Made by a program: the position numbers and the translations under genes. From Actinomycetota bacterium (GTDB lineage: Bacteria; Actinomycetota; Acidimicrobiia; Acidimicrobiales; Ilumatobacteraceae), in assembly GCA_041175365.1 (NCBI GenBank), contig JBEDFA010000023.1, positions 10,738-74,737 on the forward strand: DNA of 64,000 nucleotides. Reading direction: 5' to 3'. This document shows positions 1-11,131 of this stretch, piece by piece; the stretch's first letter is position 1; each line of letters starts with the position of its first letter. Under the pieces are notes generated by a model, which was given only the letters and a program-made list of their open reading frames with translations, was not told where the DNA came from and made no database searches.

Positions 1-1991
<1,991 letters not shown>

Positions 1992-1992
<1 letters not shown>

Positions 1993-2909
1993 TAGGAAAT
2001 CTTTGCGGTGGCGCCGACCCACGTGCCATACGTGGAGTTAACGCTGATGTCCGAGGAGGCCATGTAGCCAGCGAGCAATGAATCGCCGGTGCCTTCCTTC
2101 AACACATTTGCGATGGAGCCCTTCACTTCGTCATAAGGGTGGCTGAGAATGATGTGCCACCCAAAGGAGCTCTTGACGGGACCCGATGCAACACCGGCCT
2201 TTGCAGCAACTGCACCCACCATGAAGTCGCCATCAAAGCTTTCCTGTAGCGATGCAAGTGGGTTACATGCTTCTTCGCCATTTGCGAGCGAGCCGCCAGA
2301 TGTCTTGGCTGCAGGTTCGATGGACTTTGCTTTCGCAACATCTGCAAACTTTGCACCGCCGCTGATTTCCTTCAGCACCTTGTCGGCTTCAGCCTTGGTC
2401 TTCACAAGGATGTGACTGAGGCACAACACGCCAGTGGATGCAGGAATCTTGTTGTACATCTTTTCGAGGTCGCTCGCCGACGGCACTTTCATACCCGACG
2501 TGGTGAGAGATGCAAGGTTGAGATTGATGAGCAGATCCTGGAGAGGCTTTGGATAGTTCGGGAAGTTCTCATCCGCAGACGCCTGCTCTGCGACCTTTGC
2601 GCGGTTGGCAGCAGTCTCAGTGAGGTCGTACTTCTTGATGAACTGCTTGTAAGCCTCGTACTTGACCATGACCTGGATGATGGGGGTCATGTCTTCCTTG
2701 GCGATGGTGCCGTTCTGCTTGGTGAGCTGACCTGCCTCGACCAACACATCAACCAATGCGTTGAGGTCTTCTTTGGAGTAGCCCTCGCCATTCACAGTGA
2801 ATGCATCAGAGGGGGAGGAGACGACGGAAGAAGATCCGCATGCGGTCAGACCGAGAACGCTGACTGCGAGAAGGGGGAGAATGCGGCGGGTGAGGGATGT
2901 CTTGGTCAC
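1992..2909 (-). CDS. Lipoprotein parvulin-type peptidyl-prolyl isomerase (PrsA/SurA-like)
   Basis: It has a signal peptide with a lipobox (LGLTACGSS). The C-terminal parvulin signature is LSHILVKTKAEADKVLKEI..GGSL..GPVKSSFGWHIILS. Confidence 0.75.
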
Positions 2910-2918
2910 CCTTAGACC

Positions 2919-5900
2919 TTAGTGGTCGGCAGGCTCGAAGAGCTCTCGCAGTAGATCAGTCAAGACCGCTGTGGGGTTGGCGCCCCGCTTTATGGGCACG
3001 GTGAGAAGCCCCGATTGTTCCTTGAAGGTTGCGCCGGAGGCGAGTCTGCGCAACGTCATTGTCTGGCTGGCGCGCAACTGAACAGGGCTGATTCGCGCTT
3101 CGTTGCCGTTTGTCATGATCTCAGTGATTCCAATACGAATACATTCCACACGTAATGCGCCGACGGCAATGAGGGCCTGTGCGGGAGAAGGAAGAGGGCC
3201 GAAACGGTCGCGCCATTCATTCTCGATGTCAGCCAGTTCTTGTTCGGTGCGCACCGTTGCAAGTTTGCGATAGGCCTCAAGGCGCAAGTCTTCGCTTGGC
3301 ACATAGTCGTCGGGAAGGTGGGCGTCAACGGAGATGTCCACCTTTATCTCCGCGACTTCCTCCGTGCGTTCGCCCTTCATCTCGGACACTGCCTCTGTCA
3401 CCATCTGGCAATAGAGGTCGTAGCCAACAGCGGCAATGTGTCCGCTCTGTGCCTCGCCTAACAAGTTTCCTGCGCCACGAATTTCAAGGTCACGCATTGC
3501 AATCTTGAAGCCACTGCCAAGTTCGGTTGTTTCACCAATGGTGCGCAAGCGTTCGTACGCATCTTCGGAGAGCACTTTGTCTCGTGGATGGAAAAGATAT
3601 GCATATGCGCGTTGACCGCTACGACCAACACGTCCGCGCAACTGATGCATTTGTCCAAGTCCTAATAGGTCTGCACGTTCAACAACCAAGGTGTTCACCG
3701 TGGGCATGTCAATGCCGCTCTCGATGATGGTGGTGCAAACGAGAACGTCGTACAAACCTTCCCAAAAGTCCAAGACAATCTGTTCAAGTTGTGTCTCGTC
3801 CATCTGTCCATGAGCAACAGCGACGCGCGCTTCAGGAACCCATTCGCGCAACTCTGCTGCGCGCTCTTCGATGGATTGAACACGGTTGTGCACCCAGAAC
3901 ACTTGACCTTCGCGCAACAGCTCGCGGCGAATTGCTTCAATAGCGACCTGCTCGCTCTGTTCGCCGACATACGTGAGGATCGGCTGACGTTCCGCTGGTG
4001 GCGTCTGCAGTAGAGACAAATCGCGAATGCCCACAAGACTCATCTCGAGTGTTCGCGGAATAGGCGTAGCTGACATTGACAACACGTCGACGTTTGTCTT
4101 CATGCGCTTCATTGCTTCTTTGTGTTGCACACCAAAGCGTTGTTCTTCGTCAACAACGAGGAGGCCAAGATTTTTGAACTCAACGCTTTCTTGCAGCAAG
4201 CGATGTGTTCCGATGACGCAATCAATCTCGCCGGTCTTCAGTCCGGCGATGACTTTCTTTGCTTCGCCTGCGGTGAGGAATCGTGAGAGAACTTCAACTT
4301 TGATGGGATAGCCAGCGAAACGCTCCGCGAAAGTGTTGCCGTGCTGAGTGGCAAGCAAAGTTGTGGGCACAAGAACAGCGACCTGCATGCCGTCTTGGAT
4401 GGCCTTGAATGCTGCACGAACTGCAACTTCGGTTTTACCGAAACCAACGTCACCGCACACCAATCGGTCCATCGGAACGTCGCGTTCCATGTCTTCTTTG
4501 ATGGAGGCAATTGCGGACAACTGGTCGGGTGTTTCCACGAAGGGGAATGCGGATTCCATCTCGGCTTGCCAGGGAGTGTCCTCTGGGAATGCATGGCCCT
4601 TTGCGCTAACACGACGTTGATACAACAACACAAGTTCTTGCGCTACCTCGCGAACTGCAGAACGCACTTTTGATTTTGCTCGTGCGAAGTCGCTGCCACC
4701 CATACGGTGCAGTGATGGGGCTTCGCCACCGACGTATTGGCGAATGACTCCAATTTGCTCGGTTGGCACATAGAGCTTGTCGCCGCCCTTGTATGCGATC
4801 AGCAAGTAGTCGCGTTCAACGCCACCGATCGTGCGCTTGACCATTCCCTCGTACTTGCCAACACCATGATGTGCGTGCACGACATATCCGCCGGGCTGTA
4901 AGTCTTCGAAGACTGTGGTGGACGAGCGACCACGCGATGGTTTGGTGCGTCGAGTGCGACGGCGTCCACTGAGATCTGACTCAGTGATGATCGCAACTTT
5001 GGAGTTCGGCAACGACACGCCATGCGATTGCGGTGCACAGGTGACCCATGCTCCTGGTGTCGCAAGGGTGTCGGCGTCATTCGTTGCGGTGAAGTCAATG
5101 CCATGCGTACGCATGAGTTCTACAAGGCGGGTGACGGATTCGGCTGTTTCGGCGGCAACGATGATGCGCCACTTCTCAGTGAGCATCTCGTTGAGACGGC
5201 GCACAACTGATGTGGGGTCGTGAACGATGGTGCCCCACGTTGACGCGGGGATTGCAGGTCCATCGACGCTCTCGGCGCTTGGTACAAATGCGATGGTGGG
5301 CACTCGTTGATCACCAGAGAGCAAGCGATCAGTGTTGACATGTAGGCGTGGGAACGTGACTTCTGCATCACGCGCCCATGATGTTGCAAGAGCTCGTGCA
5401 AGGTCGTCTTCTTCAGCGAGTAGATCATTTGCGCGATCACTCATGCGACGAGGCTCGATCATGATGATGAGTGCATCGTCTCCGATGTGATCGGTGAGCA
5501 GTTCATCCTGCTCTGTCAGCCACGGAAGCCAACTTTCCATGCCGTCGAAGATTTGCCCTTCGGACAATCGCTCCCACTGTTCGCGGCCCCATGGTTCGGA
5601 TGCAACAAGTGTTGCTGCCTTCTCTTTGACGCCTTCGACGTAGAGAAGTTCTCGAGCGGGGAAGATAAGAGTTGTTGCAAGGTCGTCAGTACTGCGCTGA
5701 TCAGAAATCGTGAATCGTGTCAGGCGATCAATTTCGTCGCCCCACATGTCGACACGGACGGGCTCTGCGTCGGTGGCGGGGAAGATGTCGACAATTGCGC
5801 CGCGACGAGCAAATTCACCCCGGTGTTCCACCACTGTTTCGCGTCGATAACCAAAGTGCACGAGTTGTTCACACAGTTGATCGATGTCAACTGTTGTTCC

Positions 5901-6350
5901 CACGGTGATGCGAATCGGATCAGTTGTTGTGGTGCCGGGTGCAAGCTTCTGCAGCAATGCGCGGGTGCCCGCAACTATCACGGTGGGACATTCGTCCTCG
6001 TTGCGCAAACGCCACATGGTGCGCATACGTGCGCCCATGGTGTGCACTGCGGGGCTGACGCGTTCGAACGGCAATGTCTCCCATGCAGGGAAGAGTTCAA
6101 CGGATGACTCGCCAAGGAAAGCTGCAAGGTCATCGGCAACTTCTTGCGCCATCGTGCCCGTTGGCGTTGCAATCACAATCGGGCGGCGACCATTGGCACG
6201 AGTAATGCCAGCAAGAACTGCGGCGCGTGCTGCTTCGGGAACTGCAATGACAGAGTTGCGTGAACCAGCAATCGCATCAATGCCAGGTTCGTGAGATACG
6301 ACGGCGGCGAGTGATTCAAATGGGATAACTGTTTCGGTGTTCTCGCTCAC
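2919..6350 (-). CDS. mfd: Transcription-repair coupling factor
   Basis: 1143 aa. It has a CarD-like segment (GGYVVHAHHGVGKYEGM), helicase motif I GDVGFGKTEVA, motif II VVDEEQRFGV, and GRVGRS. The GTG start overlaps the pth stop (GTGA). Confidence 0.97.
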   Translation of the reverse strand: MSENTETVIPFESLAAVVSHEPGIDAIAGSRNSVIAVPEAARAAVLAGITRANGRRPIVIATPTGTMAQEVADDLAAFLGESSVELFPAWETLPFERVSPAVHTMGARMRTMWRLRNEDECPTVIVAGTRALLQKLAPGTTTTDPIRITVGTTVDIDQLCEQLVHFGYRRETVVEHRGEFARRGAIVDIFPATDAEPVRVDMWGDEIDRLTRFTISDQRSTDDLATTLIFPARELLYVEGVKEKAATLVASEPWGREQWERLSEGQIFDGMESWLPWLTEQDELLTDHIGDDALIIMIEPRRMSDRANDLLAEEDDLARALATSWARDAEVTFPRLHVNTDRLLSGDQRVPTIAFVPSAESVDGPAIPASTWGTIVHDPTSVVRRLNEMLTEKWRIIVAAETAESVTRLVELMRTHGIDFTATNDADTLATPGAWVTCAPQSHGVSLPNSKVAIITESDLSGRRRTRRTKPSRGRSSTTVFEDLQPGGYVVHAHHGVGKYEGMVKRTIGGVERDYLLIAYKGGDKLYVPTEQIGVIRQYVGGEAPSLHRMGGSDFARAKSKVRSAVREVAQELVLLYQRRVSAKGHAFPEDTPWQAEMESAFPFVETPDQLSAIASIKEDMERDVPMDRLVCGDVGFGKTEVAVRAAFKAIQDGMQVAVLVPTTLLATQHGNTFAERFAGYPIKVEVLSRFLTAGEAKKVIAGLKTGEIDCVIGTHRLLQESVEFKNLGLLVVDEEQRFGVQHKEAMKRMKTNVDVLSMSATPIPRTLEMSLVGIRDLSLLQTPPAERQPILTYVGEQSEQVAIEAIRRELLREGQVFWVHNRVQSIEERAAELREWVPEARVAVAHGQMDETQLEQIVLDFWEGLYDVLVCTTIIESGIDMPTVNTLVVERADLLGLGQMHQLRGRVGRSGQRAYAYLFHPRDKVLSEDAYERLRTIGETTELGSGFKIAMRDLEIRGAGNLLGEAQSGHIAAVGYDLYCQMVTEAVSEMKGERTEEVAEIKVDISVDAHLPDDYVPSEDLRLEAYRKLATVRTEQELADIENEWRDRFGPLPSPAQALIAVGALRVECIRIGITEIMTNGNEARISPVQLRASQTMTLRRLASGATFKEQSGLLTVPIKRGANPTAVLTDLLRELFEPADH

Positions 6351-6916
6351 CGTGCGTTGTACTCCCGCATAGCGGCGTCGAGGCCTTCTTTCATGATGCG
6401 TTCCACGGCATCACAGGCAGTCTCTACTGCGACATCAAGAATCTTGCGTTCCGCAGGGGGAATCGAAGACAACACATGGTCTGCGCCTTGTTCTTTCGAC
6501 GTTGGCTTGCCCACACCAATACGCACGCGGGCGTAATCGTTGGTGCCGATGTGCTGAGACACAGATTTCAGTCCGTTGTGTCCTGCGAGACCGCCACCCA
6601 TCTTCAACTTCACTGCACCAGGTTCAAGATCTAATTCGTCGTGAATGATGATGATGTTGGCTGCAGGAATTTTGTAGCGGCGCGCAATGGGCCCTACTGC
6701 TTCACCGGATTCATTCATCCAGGTGGTGGGAATGGCGAGGACAACTGCTTGATCGCCAATGCGGGTCTCAGCAACTTGCGCGCGATCGCGGCCCACTTTC
6801 AGAGAAACATGAAGACGTTGGGCAAGCAACTCAATCGCGTCAGTGCCCACATTGTGTCGAGTGCGGGCGTACTTCTTGCCTGGATTACCGAGTCCAACGA
6901 TGAGCGTGCGTTGCAT
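6347..6916 (-). CDS. pth: Peptidyl-tRNA hydrolase
   Basis: Track ORF 6347..6949. The signature is LIVGLGNPGKKYARTRHNVG. I placed the start at the internal ATG 6916 (MQRTLIVGLGNPG) by analogy with typical Pth N-termini, but 6949 is also possible. Confidence 0.92.
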   Translation of the reverse strand: MQRTLIVGLGNPGKKYARTRHNVGTDAIELLAQRLHVSLKVGRDRAQVAETRIGDQAVVLAIPTTWMNESGEAVGPIARRYKIPAANIIIIHDELDLEPGAVKLKMGGGLAGHNGLKSVSQHIGTNDYARVRIGVGKPTSKEQGADHVLSSIPPAERKILDVAVETACDAVERIMKEGLDAAMREYNAR

Positions 6917-6987
6917 GTCGCCCGAACGAGGTTCAGAGCGGCGCAACATAGCTAGTTAGATGTGATGACGACCCGTGGGTCGCGGCA

Positions 6988-7647
6988 TCAGGCGGTTGCT
7001 TCGGGTGCAGCTTCAGCTGCGGCAGCAGCCTGTGCAGCTTCGGTTGCAGCGCGTGAGATAAGAACTGTTGCCACTGGCATGTCGGCATCACCTGTGGCGA
7101 CAACGCCTGCAGGGAACTTGATGTCGCCCAAGCGAATCACGCTGTCGGTTGTCATCTCGGAGATGTCGATTGCAATTTCGTTAGGAACGTTTGCAGGAGT
7201 GGTACGAACTTCGATGGTGTCGACCGCTGGGTCAACAAGACCACCAGCAGAAAGAACAGCCTTTGCGGTTCCGACGAGCACCACAGGAACGCTCATCGTG
7301 ATCTGCTCTGAGAGGTCGATCTGGATGAAGTCGATGTGGGCAACGTTGCGGCGCACTGGGTGACGCTGCAATTCCTTGATGACTGCGCTGTAGTTCTTGC
7401 CATCAACGTTGAGGGTGAGGATGGTGTTTTGACCTGCAGGACCAGAGATGGCCACGCGAAGGTCGCGACGAACGACGGTGAGAGAGATGGGCTCCATGCC
7501 ATGTCCGTAGAGGACTGCTGGAATGCGATCGGCGGCGCGGAGACGACGGGAAGCTGCGCTACCTGTTTCGCGACCTACTTCGGCGGAGAGAATTGCTGTA
7601 TTCGACACGGTGAGCGAGTCTATGCCCGCTAACGCCAACTGCCACAC
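6988..7647 (-). CDS. rplY: 50S ribosomal protein L25 / general stress protein Ctc
   Basis: The motif is RRLRAADRIPAVLYGHG followed by a beta-barrel body and an Ala-rich acidic tail. The start is uncertain: the track start 7647 is a GTG and an in-frame GTG lies at 7608. Neither has a clear SD. Confidence 0.88.
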   Translation of the reverse strand: MWQLALAGIDSLTVSNTAILSAEVGRETGSAASRRLRAADRIPAVLYGHGMEPISLTVVRRDLRVAISGPAGQNTILTLNVDGKNYSAVIKELQRHPVRRNVAHIDFIQIDLSEQITMSVPVVLVGTAKAVLSAGGLVDPAVDTIEVRTTPANVPNEIAIDISEMTTDSVIRLGDIKFPAGVVATGDADMPVATVLISRAATEAAQAAAAAEAAPEATA

Positions 7648-7698
7648 GAGACGGCAAATGTGCTCGAAATCAGGGGTGAAAGACCCCTGAGGCTGGGG

Positions 7699-8715
7699 TC
7701 AGGACTGGTTTTCGCCGTTGAAGAGTTCCGAGACGCTGGTCTCGTCGAAAACGGCCGAAAGGGCATCGGCGATGATCTTGGCCACCGAGAGCACCTCGAC
7801 CTTGTCGAACATTTTGTCCGCAGCAAGGGGCAAGGTGTTGGTGAGAACGACCCGGGTGATGGGTGAGTTCGAGAGGCGCTCGACGGCGGGGTCGGACAAA
7901 ACGCCGTGTGTAGCCATGGCCCACACTTCTTTTGCTCCACGGTCGAGGAGAAGCTCAGCTGCTGAGCAGATGGTGCCACCAGTGTCGATCATGTCGTCCG
8001 TGAGGATGCAGAGACGGCCATCGATGTCACCAATGACTTCCTTTGCGATCGCAACATTCTGCGTGCCCTTTGGGCGGCGCTTGTTAATGAATGCAACGTC
8101 TGCGTTCTTGTCGGACAAGTGCTGCGCAAAACGTTCTGCAACTTTCACGCGGCCAGCATCGGGCGACACAATGACGAGATCTTGCTCTGCGTGCTGACGC
8201 ACATACTGCTCGAGTACTGGCATAGCAGTGAGGTGATCCACAGGACCAGAGAAAAAGCCTTGGATCTGGCTGCTGTGCAAGTCAATTGAAACCATGCGTG
8301 AAGCGCCTGCTGCCTTGAACATATCTGCAACAAGACGTGCAGTAATTGGCTCGCGACCTTCAGCTTTGCGGTCTTGACGTGCGTATCCGTAGAAAGGGCA
8401 CACCGCAGTAATTCGCTTTGCAGAGGCGCGTTGTGCTGCATCGATCATGATTAGTTGTTCCATGATGCTGTCGTTGATGGAACCTGCATCAGTGCCGAAG
8501 TGTGATTGCATGATGAACACATCGCCACCGCGAATGCTGTCGGAGAAGCGTGGACGAATTTCGCCGTTTGCAAACTGCACAACGTTTGCATCACCCAACG
8601 CAATGTTGAGATGTCCTGCGACTTCGTCGGCGAGCGTGGGGTGCGTCCGTCCGGTGAAAAGCGACAAGCGCTTGGTGGTGACCTTCTCCATGGAACGGTT
8701 GCTCATGAAGGTCAA
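7699..8715 (-). CDS. prs: Ribose-phosphate pyrophosphokinase
   Basis: PRPP synthetase motifs are present: FANGEIRPRF, YARQDRK, and the PRPP-binding loop LCILTDDMIDTGGT. Confidence 0.95.
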   Translation of the reverse strand: MTFMSNRSMEKVTTKRLSLFTGRTHPTLADEVAGHLNIALGDANVVQFANGEIRPRFSDSIRGGDVFIMQSHFGTDAGSINDSIMEQLIMIDAAQRASAKRITAVCPFYGYARQDRKAEGREPITARLVADMFKAAGASRMVSIDLHSSQIQGFFSGPVDHLTAMPVLEQYVRQHAEQDLVIVSPDAGRVKVAERFAQHLSDKNADVAFINKRRPKGTQNVAIAKEVIGDIDGRLCILTDDMIDTGGTICSAAELLLDRGAKEVWAMATHGVLSDPAVERLSNSPITRVVLTNTLPLAADKMFDKVEVLSVAKIIADALSAVFDETSVSELFNGENQS

Positions 8716-8803
8716 GTGTAGAACGCGGGGGCGCTGAGCCCATTGGCCACCGTGCGAGGACTGCCGCTTGGCCAGATGTGGAGGGCTACAAAGAGCCTGT
8801 TAG

Positions 8804-8875
8804 TTCCGGGAAGAGGACTCGAACCCCTATTAACGGGACCAAAACCCGCTGTCCTGCCAATTGAACGATCCCGGA
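8804..8875 (-). tRNA. tRNA-Gln (anticodon UUG)
   Basis: The minus-strand read is TCCGGGA TC GTT CAATTGGCAG GAC A GCGGG TTTTGGT CCCGT TAAT AGGGG TTCGAGT CCTCT TCCCGGA A. It folds as a cloverleaf with a 7-bp acceptor stem. The anticodon loop is TT-TTG-GT and the T-loop is TTCGAGT. CCA is not encoded. Confidence 0.85.
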
Positions 8876-8938
8876 AGGAAGTAATAACGGTAGCGGATTT
8901 TCTTTTTTCTCCATTGTCCCGATAGGTTCATATGCCTT

Positions 8939-9031
8939 ATGGGTTCTCTTATCAAGAAGCGTCGCAAGCGCATGCGCAAAAAGAAGCACAAGAAGATGCT
9001 TCGCCGCACACGCCACCAGCGTCGCAAGTAG
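8939..9031 (+). CDS. Actinobacterial 30S ribosomal mini-protein bS22 (30 aa)
   Basis: Too short for the ORF track. The reading frame ATG GGT TCT CTT ATC AAG AAG CGT CGC AAG CGC ATG ... CGC AAG TAG gives [30 protein letters not shown]. This closely matches the mycobacterial bS22 sequence as I recall it ([30 protein letters not shown]..). Confidence 0.8.
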   Translation: [30 protein letters not shown]

Positions 9032-9053
9032 CACTACAACTACACGTACAAAA

Positions 9054-9800
9054 TCATGCAACGCGTCCCGGATCGGGGCGCGTTGTCGTGTGTACCACCC
9101 CAAGTCCGGGCACCTGACCAGTGATGTCAGGGGCGTGTCCGTAGACGAACCACGTTGCTCCCGAGCCTGCCAGGAACGGCTTCTGGCCTAATGCGTCGGC
9201 GATGCGGTCATGCCACAGAGATAACTCGGGAACCGCAGCCAATGCCGCTGGCTCAAGATCGTTTCCATGGTCACCCCGTGGGCCGCCCATGGCATCCCAG
9301 GTTTTGTACACCAATGGCGTGGACACGTGTAGGGGTGGAATCAACAAAGTGATGTTTCGCGCTTCGTAGGGAAGTGGCTGAACTACTTCGCCGATGCCAG
9401 TGACCCGAGCGCGACCACCAACGAGTGAAAACGGAATATCTGCTCCGACATTGGCGGCAGCGGTGGCATCGGAGAACTTTGCCCATCGAAGAACTGCTGC
9501 AGCATCAGTGGAGCCGCCACCGAGACCGCCACCATGCGGAATGTTTTTGGTGATGTGAACATGCGCTGTGCGACCCGTGAGGGCGAGTGCTTTGGATACC
9601 AAGTTCGACTCATCAGTCGGAATGCCTTCTGCAAAAGGTCCATCAATTGTGATGAGAGTGTTGGCTGCATCTTCGATGGTGATTGCATCGGCAATATCAA
9701 GAGCAACCATTTCGGCATCGATGAGGTGGTAACCATCCGCACGTACGCCGGTGACAGTGAGTGTCAACGTGAGTTTCGCTGGCGCCTCAAGTTGAATCAC
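9054..9800 (-). CDS. ispE: 4-diphosphocytidyl-2-C-methyl-D-erythritol kinase
   Basis: It begins APAKLTLTL and has the GHMP kinase loop IPHGGGLGGGSTDAAAVL. It shows 4-nt overlap synteny with rsmA, as in other actinobacteria. Confidence 0.9.
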   Translation of the reverse strand: MIQLEAPAKLTLTLTVTGVRADGYHLIDAEMVALDIADAITIEDAANTLITIDGPFAEGIPTDESNLVSKALALTGRTAHVHITKNIPHGGGLGGGSTDAAAVLRWAKFSDATAAANVGADIPFSLVGGRARVTGIGEVVQPLPYEARNITLLIPPLHVSTPLVYKTWDAMGGPRGDHGNDLEPAALAAVPELSLWHDRIADALGQKPFLAGSGATWFVYGHAPDITGQVPGLGVVHTTTRPDPGRVA

Positions 9801-10627
9801 TGGCCAGAACCATTCACAATGCGCGCAAGTCGCATCCAGTCATGCACAGACAGCTCTTCGGCGCGCGCGGTGGGCGCAATGTCTGCTTCTTCGAATTGTT
9901 CGGGAGACACACGACCGGCGAGTGAACCGCGCAGCATTTTGCGACGCTTGGCGAAACCCATTCGAACCAATGAAAACAGTTCTTTTTGGTTGATGTGGGC
10001 ATCGATAGGTTCTTTATGTCGAACGATTTCAACGAGCGCCGAATCAACATTTGGCTTTGGAAGAAAGACTGTTGGCGGGACAATTCCTGCGATGCGCGCA
10101 GTTGCGTGGAATGCAACCTTCACGCTGAGAGCACCGTATGCCTCGGTGGAAGGTGAAGCACAAAAGCGTTCGCCGACTTCCTTTTGCACCATGACCAACA
10201 TGCGTTGGACTTGCGGAACAAAGTCAAGAACATCTGCAACAAGTGGTGTCGCAACGTTGTACGGAAGGTTCGCAACGAGAGCCCACTGATCGCCGCCGAG
10301 AAGAAGTTCATTCCAATTGAGCTTCATTGCATCGGCATGCACCACGGTGATGTTGTCGATGGGATCAACATTTTCGTGCAGGAGCGGAATGAGTTGGTCG
10401 TCAACTTCTACTGCGGTGACATGCGCGCCAGTTTCGGCGAGAGCGAGAGTGAGCGACCCAAGGCCGGCTCCGATTTCAAGAACATGACCGTGGTTGTCGA
10501 TGTTGGCCAAACGTGCAATTTTGCGCACTGTGTTCGCGTCAACCACAAAATTCTGACCCAGCGCACGCTTCGCACGTAAGCCAGCGCCCTCAAGTTGGCG
10601 TGAAGCGTCAGAACGAGAAAGTGTCAC
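9797..10627 (-). CDS. rsmA: 16S rRNA (adenine1518/1519-N6)-dimethyltransferase
   Basis: The motifs are LGQNFVVD, the SAM loop VLEIGAGLGSLT, and the catalytic ANLPYNVATP. Confidence 0.93.
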   Translation of the reverse strand: MTLSRSDASRQLEGAGLRAKRALGQNFVVDANTVRKIARLANIDNHGHVLEIGAGLGSLTLALAETGAHVTAVEVDDQLIPLLHENVDPIDNITVVHADAMKLNWNELLLGGDQWALVANLPYNVATPLVADVLDFVPQVQRMLVMVQKEVGERFCASPSTEAYGALSVKVAFHATARIAGIVPPTVFLPKPNVDSALVEIVRHKEPIDAHINQKELFSLVRMGFAKRRKMLRGSLAGRVSPEQFEEADIAPTARAEELSVHDWMRLARIVNGSGQ

Positions 10628-11127
10628 CAGGTCAACTCAACAGGAAGAGGAGCATCAACGAGTTCTGCGATGGATTCAAAGATTGAAGTATTCATGATGA
10701 TGCCAAAGGTGCCAGAAGTGGGGCCGATGTTGATGTTGAGACACGTGGTCTTGTGGCCGTTGTTCAGATTCAGAATCGTGACGGTTGCACCGAGTGGTGC
10801 AGAAGTGGTGGAGCAACCATTCTTTGCAGAGTTCGGGAATCTCTTGTACGAAGCGATGACCCGTGCCATTTGGCCATCGTTATCTGCGGGGTAAGCAATT
10901 TCGCCCGAGCCATTTGGGTCCTGGCTGACAGGGCCATCGAGGTTTGCAGGTGCATCAGCAGTGCCGTCAGAGGACAAGCCAAGGTCGTACGTGGTGGTCG
11001 TGGCTTTGATGGGCTTTGCAGCGGAATCAGACGAACGTCCGCCGGCCATGAAGAGGAGGGGAATCAACACCGCCGTAGCGATGACAGCCACCGTCATGCG
11101 GTTCTTGTCGAAGCGAGTGAAATCCAT
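10624..11127 (-). CDS. Membrane-anchored RlpA-like (double-psi beta-barrel) domain protein
   Basis: It has an N-terminal TM helix, a low-complexity linker, and a C-terminal ~90 aa region that resembles the RlpA/DPBB pattern (ASY..F.....GCSTTSAPLGATVTILNLNNGHKTTCLNINIGP...IIMNTSIFESIA). The assignment is tentative. Confidence 0.5.
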   Translation of the reverse strand: MDFTRFDKNRMTVAVIATAVLIPLLFMAGGRSSDSAAKPIKATTTTYDLGLSSDGTADAPANLDGPVSQDPNGSGEIAYPADNDGQMARVIASYKRFPNSAKNGCSTTSAPLGATVTILNLNNGHKTTCLNINIGPTSGTFGIIMNTSIFESIAELVDAPLPVELTW

Positions 11128-11131
11128 CTAC

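Noticed and set aside
8804-8875. tRNA-Gln as a possible integration site for a genomic island
   Set aside because: There is no integrase, no duplicated tRNA 3' end that I could find, and the flanking genes are conserved housekeeping genes in their usual order.
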